Source: Psammoneis japonica | Taxonomy: Eukaryota | Direction of reading: 5' to 3' | Assembly: GCA_008632985.1 (NCBI GenBank) | Contig: QPGO01000077.1 | Span: forward strand, 248,001-312,000 | DNA: 64,000 bases | Part shown: in pieces, positions 13,300 through 26,238 of the stretch | How the letters are laid out: each line of letters begins with the position of its first letter | Numbering within the stretch: the stretch's first letter is position 1 | Notes under the pieces: model-generated | What the model was told of the DNA's origin: nothing | The model's input: the letters and a program-made list of their open reading frames with translations, nothing else | Database searches by the model: none | Made by a program: the position numbers and the translations under genes

Positions 13300-14330
13300 T
13301 TGCTGCGGTTTTCCCTCATGCATTCATGCATCTCTTTGAGGCAACAAACCACTGGATGAATTGTCAGCATGGAACACATTGGTTGGTTTTTGCCACTCTT
13401 CTTGTCTTGCTGCAATTTCCACACTTTTTTTCCAATCTCAGAGTGGCAGATTTTGAAACATCATGTCATGCCTTGAGTCTCTGGCAGTTGGCGTGGTTTT
13501 CTTTTGTCATCGTTTGGACTGGAGCACAGTTGTGAGCAAGAGCAAGCACCACATCATTGAGGCATTGCAACCAACTTTTTCAATCCACCATGAGCTGGCA
13601 GCTTTCAACCCATCATCACCACATTTGGCAGAAATTTTGTTCGTCATGTTGATTGCCATGATGCAAACTGAGCACCTGGAGAGTTTTTTTGGTGCTTCAC
13701 ATGGTTTGTGGTCCCCCGGACCTGCGCCACTTGTTGTCGAATGTGACCCACCCAACATTTTGTGTTGGCTTGATTGTGGCAACATGAAGTGATGCAGATG
13801 ATCCATGTGCCAGTCAGGGCTTTGCCTCTCTAGAGAGTCCTGTGCTGCCCATGTCAGAAACTCCCATTGTGAAAATTCTGTTCTCCCTGCTGGCACTTCT
13901 GAGCAAGACAGGACCCACCCAACAAACATGTTCAACAAGATGAAATCTTTCACACCCATGTCCGCTTTCTTGCACCATTTTTTGCATTGCGACTCATTTG
14001 CAAACTCACTGCATGCACGCAGAGTGCTGGTCACCTTTGCCAACAGTGTCACAAGTTGCCTGGTGATTTAAGACAGGGTTGGGGCACAACATGGAACAGC
14101 ATTTTTTTCTCTTTTGCAAGAACTTGTCTGATGGAAACCTCTCCAACTTCTGTCATCACAAGCATTGTGCAGCAGTTCACCACTTTGCTGTCACACCACT
14201 GCTGCACCAGCTGCACCTTGTTGGCTTTGTTGCAAGCCTGTTTCAACAAAAAGTGCCATGGATGTCTTTGCTTTCTAAGTTCACCACATTTTTGTCTGAC
14301 CTCTCTCGTTGATTCTTTCAGTCAGACAGT
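13300..14330 (-). mobile_element. piggyBac-like (DDE_Tnp_1_7) transposase relic
   Basis: Remnant motifs QWCDSKVVN (W.D.K.V) and KKWCKKADMGVKDFILLNMFVGW (KKWYKK...D...N...W), followed by a CxxC C-terminal region. Frameshifted and Tyr-free. Confidence 0.65.
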
Positions 14331-14769
14331 TTCCCATGCTGCACATTTTGCATGCATCCTGTGATGTTGCAGCCAGCTCAGAATGCTGATGGCAGTTGTC
14401 CAGTGCAGTGTGTTTCCAGCCACCCATTGCCAAATGGAATGTGAGATCATGACTTGACAATTGAGTTGATGACCACCTTCTGTGTTGTGGAGAAGTTGTG
14501 GCACCTTGCTTCTGTGTCAACAAAGGAGTTGTTTTCATTCTTTCCCTGGTGCATGTCCATGTGTGTGGTGAGTTTGTGTTCTGCCTCAGCTCCTGAAATT
14601 AAAAAAAAGTCAGCTCAGAGCTCATCAGGCTTGTCTTTTTTGCATTGTTGCATGGCACGGGACAAAACCTGGGCTGGCAACCCATGCTCAAATGCTGCAC
14701 AATGACCCAGAACAAATGCCCTCAATGGAAGTCATGTTTGGTTGATTCAAGACTTTCACAGCTGACAAC

Positions 14770-15976
14770 ATTTGTCTCCACCCATCATGGATTCAGTCAT
14801 TTCTTCTGGATGCAACCCGGAAACTGGCTGCTTGTTCACCACTCAACAACAGCTCCAACGCTGCTCCCGAGGTGTCCACATTGGTTTTGCGCCTCACCAA
14901 CCTGAACATCTCATCTTTGCACCCAAGGGCATCAGAACAAAGAATCTGATTGTTGCATGTGACGTCGCATTCAATGAATGTTTCAAATCCTCACTCGCAC
15001 ACGACCACACTCCATTCTCAGGTGCACCCCCAATCTGGAACATGTCCAATGACGCATCTGGCCTTGCCACTCATGACAAGACACCAGCAGACAAGCATGC
15101 AGATGCCATCCAAGATTTCCTCAATGTTGACTCACCTGCTTCCCCCCCTGACCTTGTCGACACAATGTCAGACAGTGATGAGTCCAACTCAGAACCACCT
15201 CCACCCAAACCTGCTCCCACCAGCTTGCGACGCTCCACTTGCTCCAATGTTGGCTTGTGAACATCCGTGTGCTTCACTGATGAACACACCAAACTGTGCA
15301 CTGCATCAGCTCTCCCTCCCATTGACTTGCTCAAGCAAACCCTCTTCGATGGCTCACTTGCCATGGAAGAAGCTCGACTGCAAACATGCACAACTGTCCT
15401 GGTCCATTGCAACAGGCCTTGGAAGCCATCCAAGCCACCACCAACCTCCCCATTGATGACTGCTTGCCCACTCCTTGCACTTTTTGAGCCATCCTCAGAC
15501 AACCACCCACGATTTGTGATGCCTGGCTTCATGCCGTCTGCTCTGAGCTTGAAAACCTCCTCATGGACAATGAAGCTTGTGCTCTCAACAAATGTCCACG
15601 TCCCAACGATGAGATTGTTGGCACCACCCTTGCTCTCCATGCCAAACAGAAGCCAGATGGTTCCCTCAAGAAACTCAAGGCAAGATGCTGTGCACACGGT
15701 GACGTGCAGCACCAGTCCAACGACAACGACAGTTGGCCCCCCAATGCCTCCTCCCGAGCCATCAAGCTGTTCTTGGCTTTTGCCGCGCAAGCCAAACGAC
15801 ATGTCAAACATGGTGATTTCCTTGGTGCTTGCCTTCAGGCTCCCACTCACGGCTGTCTCTTTGTCCATTTTGATCTGACTCTGAAGCAACGTTTTCTGGA
15901 ATGCACAGAATGTTTTGGTGTGCCTCTCAGACTCAAGAAGGGCATGTGCGGGACTCTGTCAATTTGCTTGGGCTGA
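14770..15976 (+). mobile_element. Ty1/Copia pol relic (post-integrase region and RVT_2 N-terminal half)
   Basis: IGFAP...NLIVACDVAFNE resembles the SRDVxFxE motif. KPDGSLKKLKARCCAHGDVQ, AIKLFLAFAA, HGDFLGACLQA and LRLKKGMCG are Copia RT motifs with Y to C changes. Confidence 0.85.
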
Positions 15977-16706
15977 TGCAGCATCACTTGCACTCAGAAG
16001 CAAAATCATAAGAGTCAGGCATGCACCTCTTTCTCATTTGAGTTTGAGGCCAACACATGGCTGCACATTTGCAGTTCACAGTTTCCCTCCCAAGGCATGC
16101 ATCAGTGGCTTCCATGGGAGTTTTGAGTCCTTGAGTGGCAACATGTGGGCACAACCCATGAGGTTTTGTGCACATTTCATTGGGCAAAATGTTTGTCATC
16201 AACAAACAAATCATCGCCTCTGCACAAATGTCGAACTTCCAAACAAGATTTGGGAACTGAGCTGGAGCAGCCAGGTTGACCCAACAGCCCATCTCCTTCA
16301 TTGATGCTGCCATTGTCGCTGTTGCCACTGACACCATAAATGTTTTTTAACACTTAAAGGAGAGTCATTTATTGTGATTCCATTTATCTCTAGGGTCATA
16401 CTTACTTATTGTTATAAGGTCGCTTTGTCACATAGTGAGGGAGGACTTTCTGATCTCAAATTGCCGAGCTCGTACAAACGTACGGTACCGGTGGTACGAC
16501 ACAACTAATAAATGTTCCAAAGCGAACCGCGAACCGAGTCGTCGTCGAAGGACAAAGTTGGGAACAGTAGAATAGAGAGAGTGTAGCTTTTTGGATATTT
16601 TGTTTGACACAAAGAGCGCACTGCTTGCTTGCACATCAGTGGTACGAACCCTCCCCTCTACCTCACTTCTTTTCTTGCGATAGAGCGAAACAACGTTGCT
16701 CCCGAA

Positions 16707-18394
16707 ATGAATTTATCAAGGACTGTTGTTTCACTTCTGTTTTCCTCCCTGGTGCTGTCGTCCTTCATGACGACCACGGCAGTTCTGGGGCAAAACACCG
16801 ACGTTCTTCTTTGCACGTTCATTTTAAGGCTTGAGGGAGTTCTCAATGCAATTTCAGTGTCGGATGAGAGTCTTACTCAAGAAGAGATACGTGTAAACGT
16901 GAAGAGCCAAAATCTGATTATCCAAGCCATCAACAAGTCGAAGCAGGGCGACCTTTACAAATCCCTCAAGTTTGTCAAGAAATTCGTGCAAGCGAGGGGT
17001 GGAATTTACTTCTACGATGTTTCTGCGCTCTCAAAGCAAGCCAGTACACATGCTCGCTGGATTGCCCAAAAGATTTCCCGGTTGAGTGGCATTCCTGAAT
17101 TTGCGGCCAAGCAAGCCAGGATGTATGTCAAGCAAGGTATAGCCCGCGCAAATGATGAAGCGTACACGGAGAGTGTTATTGACTTTCGAGCAGCGGTTCG
17201 CATTATCCTTGTTAACTCTGACTCCAAGTTCTTAGTCAAGCCCAATTGTTCAAAGCCAACTGGTCAGCTACCATTGTCTAAGAACGGTCAATGGAAAATA
17301 CTTGGTCAAAACGACTTGTTCGGAGACAACAAGGAAGATTCTGGTCTCTTCGTGTCATTGTCAAAAACAGGAAATGTCATGGCTGTTGCAACGGTGAATA
17401 ACAAGGTCCTTGTCTATCGCTTGCGTTCTTCGCCATCCAAAAAATGGGTACAAATGGGCCAGGAATTGGTGACCGATCAGGATGTGTACTTTAGTCCTGT
17501 GTCTATCAACGGCTCCGGGGACATCTTGGCGGTTATAAATGATGGCCGTGGCTACGTGTACAAATATGACATGGCATCTGAGCTCTGGGTTCAATATGGC
17601 AAAGAAATTGTTGGTGACGATTGGGATGGGGCAGAGATGAACGAAGCAGGCGATGTTGTCGCCTTAGGAAACAGCAATTTCAGTTTTGAAGGAGGGGCAC
17701 ATGCCGCTGGATCCGTTTCGGCCTTTCGATTAAACCCAGACTCTTTACAGTGGGAAATGTTAGAAGGCCTCTTTATGGAACAGCAAACTATGAAACTCTT
17801 GGAGCAGTCATTTCGCTAAGCAGCTCGGGAATGATTATGGCTCTAGGTACTGGGCTTGATTTTGCTGAGGTGTACAAATATGATTCTACCTCAGCCAAAT
17901 GGGTCCGCATGGGTGAACGAATTGGAGACGATGGCACTGGAAACCCATTTGACACCAGTCTTGTTTATGTTTCACTTGATAGTACAGGCGAAATCGTGGC
18001 ACTCGGAGCATCAGTTGGAACCCGAGCAGGGTTTGCCTATGTATACGCTTATGACAAAGCCACCGACTCTTGGTACCAACGCGGTCGACGTATTTCTAGC
18101 GGCCGCCGAAAATACTGGATTGATCGTTTCGGATATTCTATCTCACTATGCGGCGATGGAAATGTTTTGGCGGTAGGGGCACGACGATATGCAAGGATAT
18201 ATCAATATGACGAGTTTAACACATCACAATGGATTCAAGTAGGTAAGACTCTTGTTGCGAGAGATGAAGAGGATTATGGGAGCAATCTAGTGTCTTTGTC
18301 AGGAAATGGAACGGTGGTTGCCGTAAGAGGGCCGCTTGCTCATCTTAATAGGAAATCAAAGCACGTGAGAACCTATGAGTTCGTCACCAACTGA
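16707..18394 (+). CDS. Secreted FG-GAP-like beta-propeller repeat protein (apparent frameshift near 17760)
   Basis: Signal peptide MNLSRTVVSLLFSSLVL. Repeated 'W.Q.G..I.G....FG.SISL..DG..LAVGA..VY.Y' units across ORFs 16629-17819 and 17750-18394. Confidence 0.75.
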
Positions 18395-18634
18395 AAAAGG
18401 TTTGTGCAAGCGTACCAGTGGGGAACAAAGCGACACACTCCATTTTTTGACGTTGGCCGCTCCCGTTGGGGTGGGTGAACTAGCTAGGTAGTAGTCTATT
18501 GCGAGGTATAAAGTCTCCAAGTTACTTTCACACACCTGACCGCACTAGTTGATTTGCTACGGTGTTCCTGGTGATCGACACATTCAGAAGAAACACTGAC
18601 ACATGCGACTATCGTTCTTTTCGTATTTCTACCA

Positions 18635-20151
18635 TTATGATTCCTTGCCAAGAATCTTATTTCCGGCCGCAATTCTCTCTGCCTTGCTATCACCCTTTCT
18701 TCGTGTAACTTTGCGCGATCTCTTGTCTAGTTCAGCCACCGCATCATCAATACTCACTCCCGCCTTGGCGGCACGAACCATGGCAAAGTAAAGAACATCT
18801 GCAAGTTCCTCTGCCACATGCTGGGGAGTATCCGCCTCGGACAATTCTTGCGCTTCCTCCACCAACTTGTCACGCAGCAATTCCGAGTCATCAAACAAAC
18901 GTTTCGTGTACGATCCTTCGGGTGCGGATTTGAGCCTTTCCTTGAGCGTTCCCTCCAAATGACGAATGCCACGTGGCTCACCCCAGCATGTCAGTGTGTT
19001 CAAGTGGCAAAACGCTGCAACGTCGTCTCCTCGCTGAGTCACAGTAAAGCGCAAGGCGTCACCATCGCAGTCCACGTCTAGACGGTGCAACGTTTGGTAG
19101 TGCCCCGACGTTTCTCCCTTTCGCCAAAGTCCATGACGAGATCGAGAGTAGTATACTCCCCGACCACACTCCAACGCAGCGACAACTGACTCCTACGGGG
19201 CAGTACGATACCACAAAGTATTGGTGGAGACTGTGAGATGGCAATCCAGATCATGTTATAAGAAGCGGGAGACTACGAACTCACCTTGGACGAATACACC
19301 AGTCCTAAAGCTTCGCCATTACGTGTACAGACAACGGTGGAATATAACTTATCCTCTCGGTCCGTTCTCATGCATGCTGCAAAGCTTAGACCAAGTTGAT
19401 TGGTCGTTGGATCGGAGATCGTTACTCCGCCCCTTCCATTCTTGCATGCCTTTGAGATTTGTCCAATACGATCCGCCAAATCGTCGTCGCTCACTTTTGT
19501 GCATGCTTCCGAGTGAAACTGTAAAACTACTTGTACATCAAGTTCCTTTGGGGGTAGTTGCAACATTTTGGTCGCATCGTCTACCGAGGGAATGTCATCA
19601 CCGGGCAACCCCATTCTCATGACACTCGCCAGTGGAGCAGCCGCTTCAAAGGCGCTCATCATTTCCGCATCTGATTTTAACGATGCACGCTTAAACTGAG
19701 CGACCAGTCGTTCACGAGGAATTTTCGCAACATCCATGGCGGCCGTGTTGGTTCCATCCGTAACGATTGCATCGCACCCGGCATCCAAAAGACACGCGGC
19801 AAGACACCCATCGGAATCCATCAAATCCTTGGCGCTCACCACGACTTGCACATTTACAATGCTCACGTCCAGTTCGAGTGTTTCCATCAAGTACTTTTGA
19901 GCCATGGCAACTCCCTGTTTCATGTATTTTTTCTTGAGTTTCTTGTTTTTGTCTTTTTCTTGTGCATTATTTTCGACATTCGTGTCAACGTTGGACTGTT
20001 CAATGCATTTGGAAACAATCGCACGATACTCGTCCGTGTCGGCGGTGCAGGTTTCTGGGTAAATACAACATTTTCCCACTGCAGATAGGGCGAGACGACC
20101 TTCACCAACCGGTTGTTGATAGACAAAGGAGGGGTACGGCACCGATGTCAT
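18635..20151 (-). CDS. hisIE: Bifunctional phosphoribosyl-AMP cyclohydrolase / phosphoribosyl-ATP pyrophosphatase with N-terminal extension (intron 19193-19284)
   Basis: Motifs ALGLVYSSK|ESV..., YYSRSRHGLWRKGETSG, DCDGDAL, FCH..TLTCW, SYTKRLF, KLVEEAQEL and ELADVLYF. In-frame GT-AG intron. Confidence 0.92.
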
Positions 20152-20880
20152 GGTTGGAGGGAGTTTATCAGAAAAAAAAGTGAAGGGTCGGTCGGTCGCA
20201 CTTCAACAAGCGCGCGCGTTCGTCATCCGCGTGAGATGAAGATGGATGACGGCAAGACGGCAATTCACGCGAACCGTCCGCCCGCCCGCCCGTGTGGTCC
20301 TCTGGATACTGTGGATGATGATTCCAACGGCTTATTTGGTTTAGAACAACGATCTTATCGTGCTTGGTTTACTATGAGTAATATTAGGACGATATGCAAC
20401 TTGCAAGAGCTAGGCTTGAAACTTTACTCTAACTCTGTTACGCCTCTAGTAGAACTATTTCAAGTCGGTGGGTAGTTCCGATTCCAGCTTCAACACCTTG
20501 CAGTTTAGCAGTACATACGGTTGGCGCTACATCGTTGCCTCTCTACTTAAGTAATGAACCTTGAAGACAAAGACGAGTAAACATACCTAACAATGGTTGC
20601 CAAACCTGCCTGTTGCGAAGCTCTGCACACAAATAGGAGCTCGTGCATGGTTTCGTACTGCACCTCGTCCGTGTGCTAACATGGCTCGGGTGTAGATGGT
20701 GGCACATCTTCTGCTCTCCGCATGAAACGGAAAGTGTCAATAACTCTATTAGAAACAACACATAATCAGCAGAGTTCGAACGTAACAGCTACAAGGCGAA
20801 AGCCCAGCCATCTCAACCTACGGTATGTTGCGAGTAAAGTTTCATTTTTATTATTATCATTGCAGTGCTCTACCAAAAAT

Positions 20881-21419
20881 CTACGCAAGCTCCGCCATCT
20901 TCTTGGCAATAATGGCACTCTTCTGCTTCTTTGCAACCATAACCTTGAAACGATCAAAGTCGGAAAGTGCGGCTCTCTTTTTCTTGGCCGACAGCTTTTT
21001 GGCCCACGAGCTCGATTCCCATTTGGCAAGCGTGTCTGCTTCTGTCCATGCCTTTTTCAACGTCCTTTGCCTCGCATTGCGCTGAACCTTGACGGTCAAA
21101 TCCGTCAGGGCGATACGCGTGAAGGGAATGACTTGCCGAGAAACACCGGTAATGTCGGCGGGGCCGTCCACCAAACACTTGTTTTGATCTACAATATCAA
21201 TGATTGTGGCCAGCTTGCCGGCTTCGGGACCGTAGTTGATGAGGACGACGCGCCCGACTTCCACGAATCGTGTGAAAACCTGAATAAGAAATAAGAAATG
21301 AAGAAACGAGTGTTAAAAATGGTTTCATGGCGATGCAAAATCAGTAATCGGGGATGAAAGATGATGAGAGCTCCGATCCACTCAGTTCGAGTGCAAAGTG
21401 CTTGATTCAAACATACCAT
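20881..21419 (-). CDS. RPL14: 60S ribosomal protein L14 (eL14); exon 1 is the ATG only, intron 21280-21416
   Basis: M|VFTRFVEVGRVVLINYGPEAGKLATIIDIVDQNKCLVDGP...LSDFDRFKVM. Confidence 0.96.
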
Positions 21420-22101
21420 TTTATATTATCTGTTTTTTTTCAATCACGAGGCAACGTAAAAAAGAAGATGAGGAGAACAATAGAGGTGAGCAAGTGATTT
21501 GGTATTGCAATTTCTCGTGCTTATCGCAAGTCTTTTACATCAAAGCAAGGTTGCAGACAGGATATGGGCACATGACGAAAAATGGCGTCGTGCATCGTCC
21601 CCTTTCGAACACGCCCGCAGATTTCCGACGCAAATTTCCACCACACCATGGTCACCGATACAAGCCCGCACGTCATATTCTGCAAAAATCAAACAGCGCA
21701 TCCTCAGATTGTCAACAATTAGATCGCCATGGTCGCACCTTGAAAACACAGCACTCGCAATACCGGTACGACGACAACCCTGCGGCTCTTGCGCGTGCAG
21801 AGTGCGGGCAGCTCGAGCTACGTAGCACTGGTATACATCACACGTGGCCGGATTGAGTAATGCGGTAACTCATATAAGGAATCTGAAATTCACTAATCTC
21901 TCAGAAGCGGCTTCCACGTCATGACTACATTTTTGATTGTTCGAAAGTTGAAGTTCCTCCAAAATTCCCGCCAAGGGCGGCTTTGCACAACGTCATCTGC
22001 GTTTTTTTTTTACCAAGCCTCACTTCTTTTTTATTTGGTTGTTGTTGTTGGATTACGTGACGGTTGTTTCATTTTCATCTGTGAGACAAAACACGGCAAC
22101 G

Positions 22102-23689
22102 ATGAGTGCAACGCTTGTTCAATTGGTGCTTTTTGTATGCGCTTGTTTGCATACCACTCATGGTTGGAGTTCATCACCGACGCCTTTTCGCCGCGCATCT
22201 TGTACACTCCGGGCTTCTTCATCCAAGGATGCTTCTTCCTCCAACGAAATCAATGTTGTGTTGCGTCCGTCAGAAGACCCAGAAGCCTTTGATTCGGCCA
22301 AGATTGGTAGTGCTCGTGTTCATCGTTACGTCAAGGAAGGATCCAATAATGATGGCGAAACGGAATACGTCATGTGGTATCACGGCCGGTCCCAAAATTT
22401 TGAACAAGAGTCGAGTCTCCCCCCACTCAGCACGGGCAGAATAGGACGTGCCACAAGTCGGAATGGATTGCATTGGGAAAAAACACTCGAGGGGAGCTTG
22501 TCCGAAGATGTGCCCGACGTGAGTCTTGGACTCAACAAGGAATCGTGGTGGGGCTTTGATACGGCTCATGTCGGACTCGGACAAGTCTTGTTGCCCATGA
22601 ACACGCCGGCCGTCATGTCGGAGGGTGGAGTGTATCTCATGTATTATATGGGTGGTAGTTATGATGAATCGTCCATTGCGGATTATATGGAAAATGCACC
22701 GGACGCGAAAATCAAGGGAATGAAATTCAAAGTTGGAGTGGCTCTGTCGCAGGATGGACGTTCGTGGGGGCGTGTGGAGGGTGACGACGCTAGTGGTGTA
22801 AGTGTTATACCCCGAGTACAAGGGATGTGGAGTTGGAAAGATCTGCAGTTCCAAGCTTGTTTGCTAATGATATTGTGTTTGTGTTTTGCCATTACTTTTG
22901 TCAATTGAATAGGCATGCATGGCACCCTACGACAAGAAGGATCCAAACATGAACTTTGTAGCCACCATGAGGGATGACGATGATTCCTTGCTCAAGATTG
23001 AAGAAGAGCTATACTGCGGATGGCCGAGGTTGTGGTAAATATCATTGACGAGGAAAAGCAGGCTGCCTTGCTGAAAAAGAAATGGCCGTTCTTGATGTAT
23101 TACAGCACCATGACCAAACAGGGCAAACAAAAGTCAATCGCTTGCGCCGTGTCACAAGACGGCTTTCGCTGGCTCAAGCGGGGCGTGTGTGTCCGACCAG
23201 ATGAGACTGGACTCGATGCCGGAGGGTGTGCGCGTTGTAATGTGGTTCGCAATGCAGCCTTCAATGAGGAGACAAAGGAGTGGACGGACGCTGATGGCTT
23301 TACAATGTTTTACGAGGGCGTTTCCAAGGAAGACGGGAAACATCGAATCATGATGGCTGAAAGTGACGACGGTCGGGAATGGAAGAAACTGGGTGTTTTA
23401 ATTGATGTCGGTGAGGATGGTGCTTGGGATTGCGGCGGAGTCGGATCACCGCACGTACTCAGGTAGGATTGTTTGACTTGAACAAGATCTGTGCAACTGG
23501 TGATTGAAGATTGGCTAACTAATCTGCATTGTAATTTTGTGCTCTTATAGAATGGACGACGGAACAATGCGAATGTACTACACGGGACAAGGAGCTGATG
23601 GCAGTACAGCGATTGGTGTTGTAAGATCGAAATCAAGTGAAATGACGAGTCAATGGACAAAAGAACAAGCTGAATTCACGTTCGCCTAA
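22102..23689 (+). CDS. Probably plastid-targeted five-bladed beta-propeller glycosidase-like protein (arabinanase/levansucrase/invertase fold); introns about 22798-22912 and 23463-23550
   Basis: Signal peptide ending THG-W followed by a Ser/Arg-rich transit region. Repeated MWYHG / IGRATSRNGLHW, VALSQDGRSW, AVSQDGFRW, AESDDGREW and AWDCGGVGSPHV blades. Apparent 1-nt deletion near 23022. Confidence 0.75.
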
Positions 23690-23927
23690 AGGTTTGACTA
23701 CCGCCTTTTCGCCATGCGTGTCAATGTTTCATTTTTGAATACTGCCTCAAACGATGGGGCAGTGTCCCTTTTCAAGATCGTGTTGTCGTACCTAGAGAAT
23801 AGATCCACTTCATACATTAAGGAGTTGGAGACTAGATGGAGTTTACCGCGAATTTTCGCTACTATAGATAAACTTCGCACGTCATTTTTAAGTCCCATAA
23901 CACTGCCTCAGGGGCGTGTCGTTCTCT

Positions 23928-25828
23928 TCACTCATCATTTGACGGTGGCACAACTATAATGTCATCATTTGAAGGGGCCACGACAATGTTCGACACAATA
24001 GGAGTCCCTTCACCGTCGCCTCCTACATCATTGCTGGGAGGCCCATCTGAAGTGTCGTTGCTGGGAGGCCCGTCCACAGGAGATTTGTCGTCAGCAACAG
24101 AATCGGTAGGTGGTGCGGTCGGAGAGGATGAAGGCATGTCAGATTCAGTTGGTTGAGCCGTTGGAGAGGATGAAGGCATATCCGACTCGGTAGGAGCTGC
24201 CGTAGGCGATGAAGAAGGCATATCCGACTCGGTGGGTTGAACGCTTGGAGAGGATGAAGGCATATCACTCTCAGTGGGCTCCGTTGTACGAGAAGAAGGC
24301 ATCGCAGACTCCGTGGGCACCAACGTCGGAGAGGATGAAGGGATGTTAGACTCAGAGAGTGCCAACGTCGGAGATGAAGTAGTAGGCTGCTTTGTAGGAT
24401 TCCCAGAAGGTGGACCGGTGAGAGGCGCCGTCGGTTCCATGGTGGGATTCCGAGATGGCTGTGATGTTGGAGATGCGGTAGGCTTCCCTGAGGGAATCTG
24501 CGTGGGTTCGGCCGTGGGGTGTGGCGAAGGTTGAGAGGTCGGAGACGGAGTAGGATTCATCGTTGGATTTGATTTGGGTGGCGTGGGCGCGGGTGGGCTG
24601 CCACCCTTTCCTTTCCCTCCTTTACCCTTTCCAGAAGTGCGAGCATAATCGTCTGAACTCAATCTTCTACCGTGTCGAACATTTTCTCCTTTGCCGTTTT
24701 CCATGGGTGGATACTGCAAAACAACGCAAAGAGAGTGTGAGAGAGAATCGTGCGTTGCAGTTGCTTGGATACCAAATATACTTACATTGCTAGGAAGTCG
24801 TCTGTTGCGCCTGTCGCCCTTTCCCTTTCCCTTGCTGCGCGTCGGTTTAGCTGTCGGAGCAAACGTTGGGGCTGGTGTAGGTGCTGGAGTCGGAGCTGGT
24901 GTAGGCGCAAGTGATGGCTGAGGAGTTGGAGCTGGAGAAGGTGCCGGTGTGGGTCCAGGAGTTAGATCCCGAGTTGGCGCTGGTGTCGGTTCAAGAGTTG
25001 GAGTTGGTGTAGGCGCTGGCGTTGGAGGATAAGTCGAACCCTTACCCTTGGACCGACTGCCTTGTCCATTTGAAGGCTGCGCAAGAGAAAACTTAGCATC
25101 CGCATCCATTGGATAGCAAGAGCACTGGAATTCTTGTCCCTTCTCAATCTGCTAGGTGAAAACGATGTGGAAGGTGAGAGAAGTCTCAAGGGGAAAAGCT
25201 CACCCTTGACACGAAGTGCTTACCTGGCCAGCATAGTATAGTTTTCTACCAGTTCTTCTCAAGTGTCGGTTGTATCCTTTACCGCCTTTTCCTTTGCCCT
25301 GACTTGGTGCTGTTGGTGAAAGAGTAGGTGTGGTCGTTGGTTGAGGAGTCGGATAAGGGGTTGGGTTCGGTGTAGGCGCTAGTGTAGGCCCTGGAGTTGG
25401 CGCAGGTGTAGGCCCTGGAGTGGGTGACGGCGTAGGTGCTGTTGTAGTCGGGTCAGAAGCAGCCTTTCCACTGGTGATGTCGCATTGACAAGAAAACTTT
25501 TCTCCTCCAGTGGCTTCTAGATATCCAGAAAAGTGATCTTCGAGCTCAGACGGTGATGGATCCGTGAGACTAGGAAGAGACGGAGATTTCACGCCAAACG
25601 GAAACAGATCATAGTCGTCACCAGTCATGGCTTTATATTGCCTGGAGCGGTCGATCTATTGTGGAAGGCGCCAGTTGGTGAGGACGCAGTCCTTCGTAAA
25701 GAAAGCATACAAATCGACATCTATCCTTACCATTCGATAGGGCCCTTCTTGGGTTCGTCTCAAATGATCAGCGCGACCTTCGCGAAACGAACATTCGCAG
25801 AGAATCACGGTGGCGAGAATAGCTTCAT
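23928..25828 (-). CDS. Secreted Pro/Thr-rich (PT-repeat) extracellular protein with KGKGGKG motifs and RXL sites; multi-exon
   Basis: Probable signal peptide near 25828. PTPAPT tracts, PTESDMPSSSPT repeats, four K/G clusters, and RHL/RKL/RRL motifs. GT donors near 25730, 25222 and 24784. Confidence 0.65.
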
Positions 25829-26238
25829 TAGGAAGCACAACACGGAGAGCTTGCTATCAAAAAGTGTTGTTGCTTTTCGCAATTTTGTGCTTCCCCTGGA
25901 GTTATGCAGCGGCGGGTCTGAGCGATTCATGGTGCATCTGCCTTCTCTCAAAACAAATGCGGTTGTAGAAATAACGCAAGTGTCCAGTTCGTTCCTTTAT
26001 TCTTATCCCAATCACGACTGAACGACGTAAGGGTGTTGATCCAGTGTTTGATAATCGAAGCACATGAAAGGAACAGTTGAATGTCTTGGTACAGGAATTT
26101 TCATCCCACATGGACGAATCCCACCTTAGAGAATAGATAGCACGAACACTCTTACTTGCCTAAACAACGCGAAACTGTCTTGATTCCCACGAAATAATGC
26201 AGCCATTAGTACGTTGAATCCGGCTCTCTATTCTTATT

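Larger units (their letters stand above)
11640..16330. other. TpA/CpG-depleted hypermutated nested transposon zone
   Basis: About 4.7 kb with only a handful of TA. Contains the piggyBac and Copia relics. Confidence 0.85.

Noticed and set aside
11640..16330. Alternative genetic code or a foreign (viral/contaminant) genome as the cause of the Tyr-free ORFs
   Set aside because: TA loss is frame- and strand-independent, affects non-coding DNA, and hits one copy of a host duplication.
21280..21416. Intronic box C/D snoRNA in RPL14
   Set aside because: CTGA occurs on the sense strand but I see no C box there. ATGATGA is only on the antisense strand.
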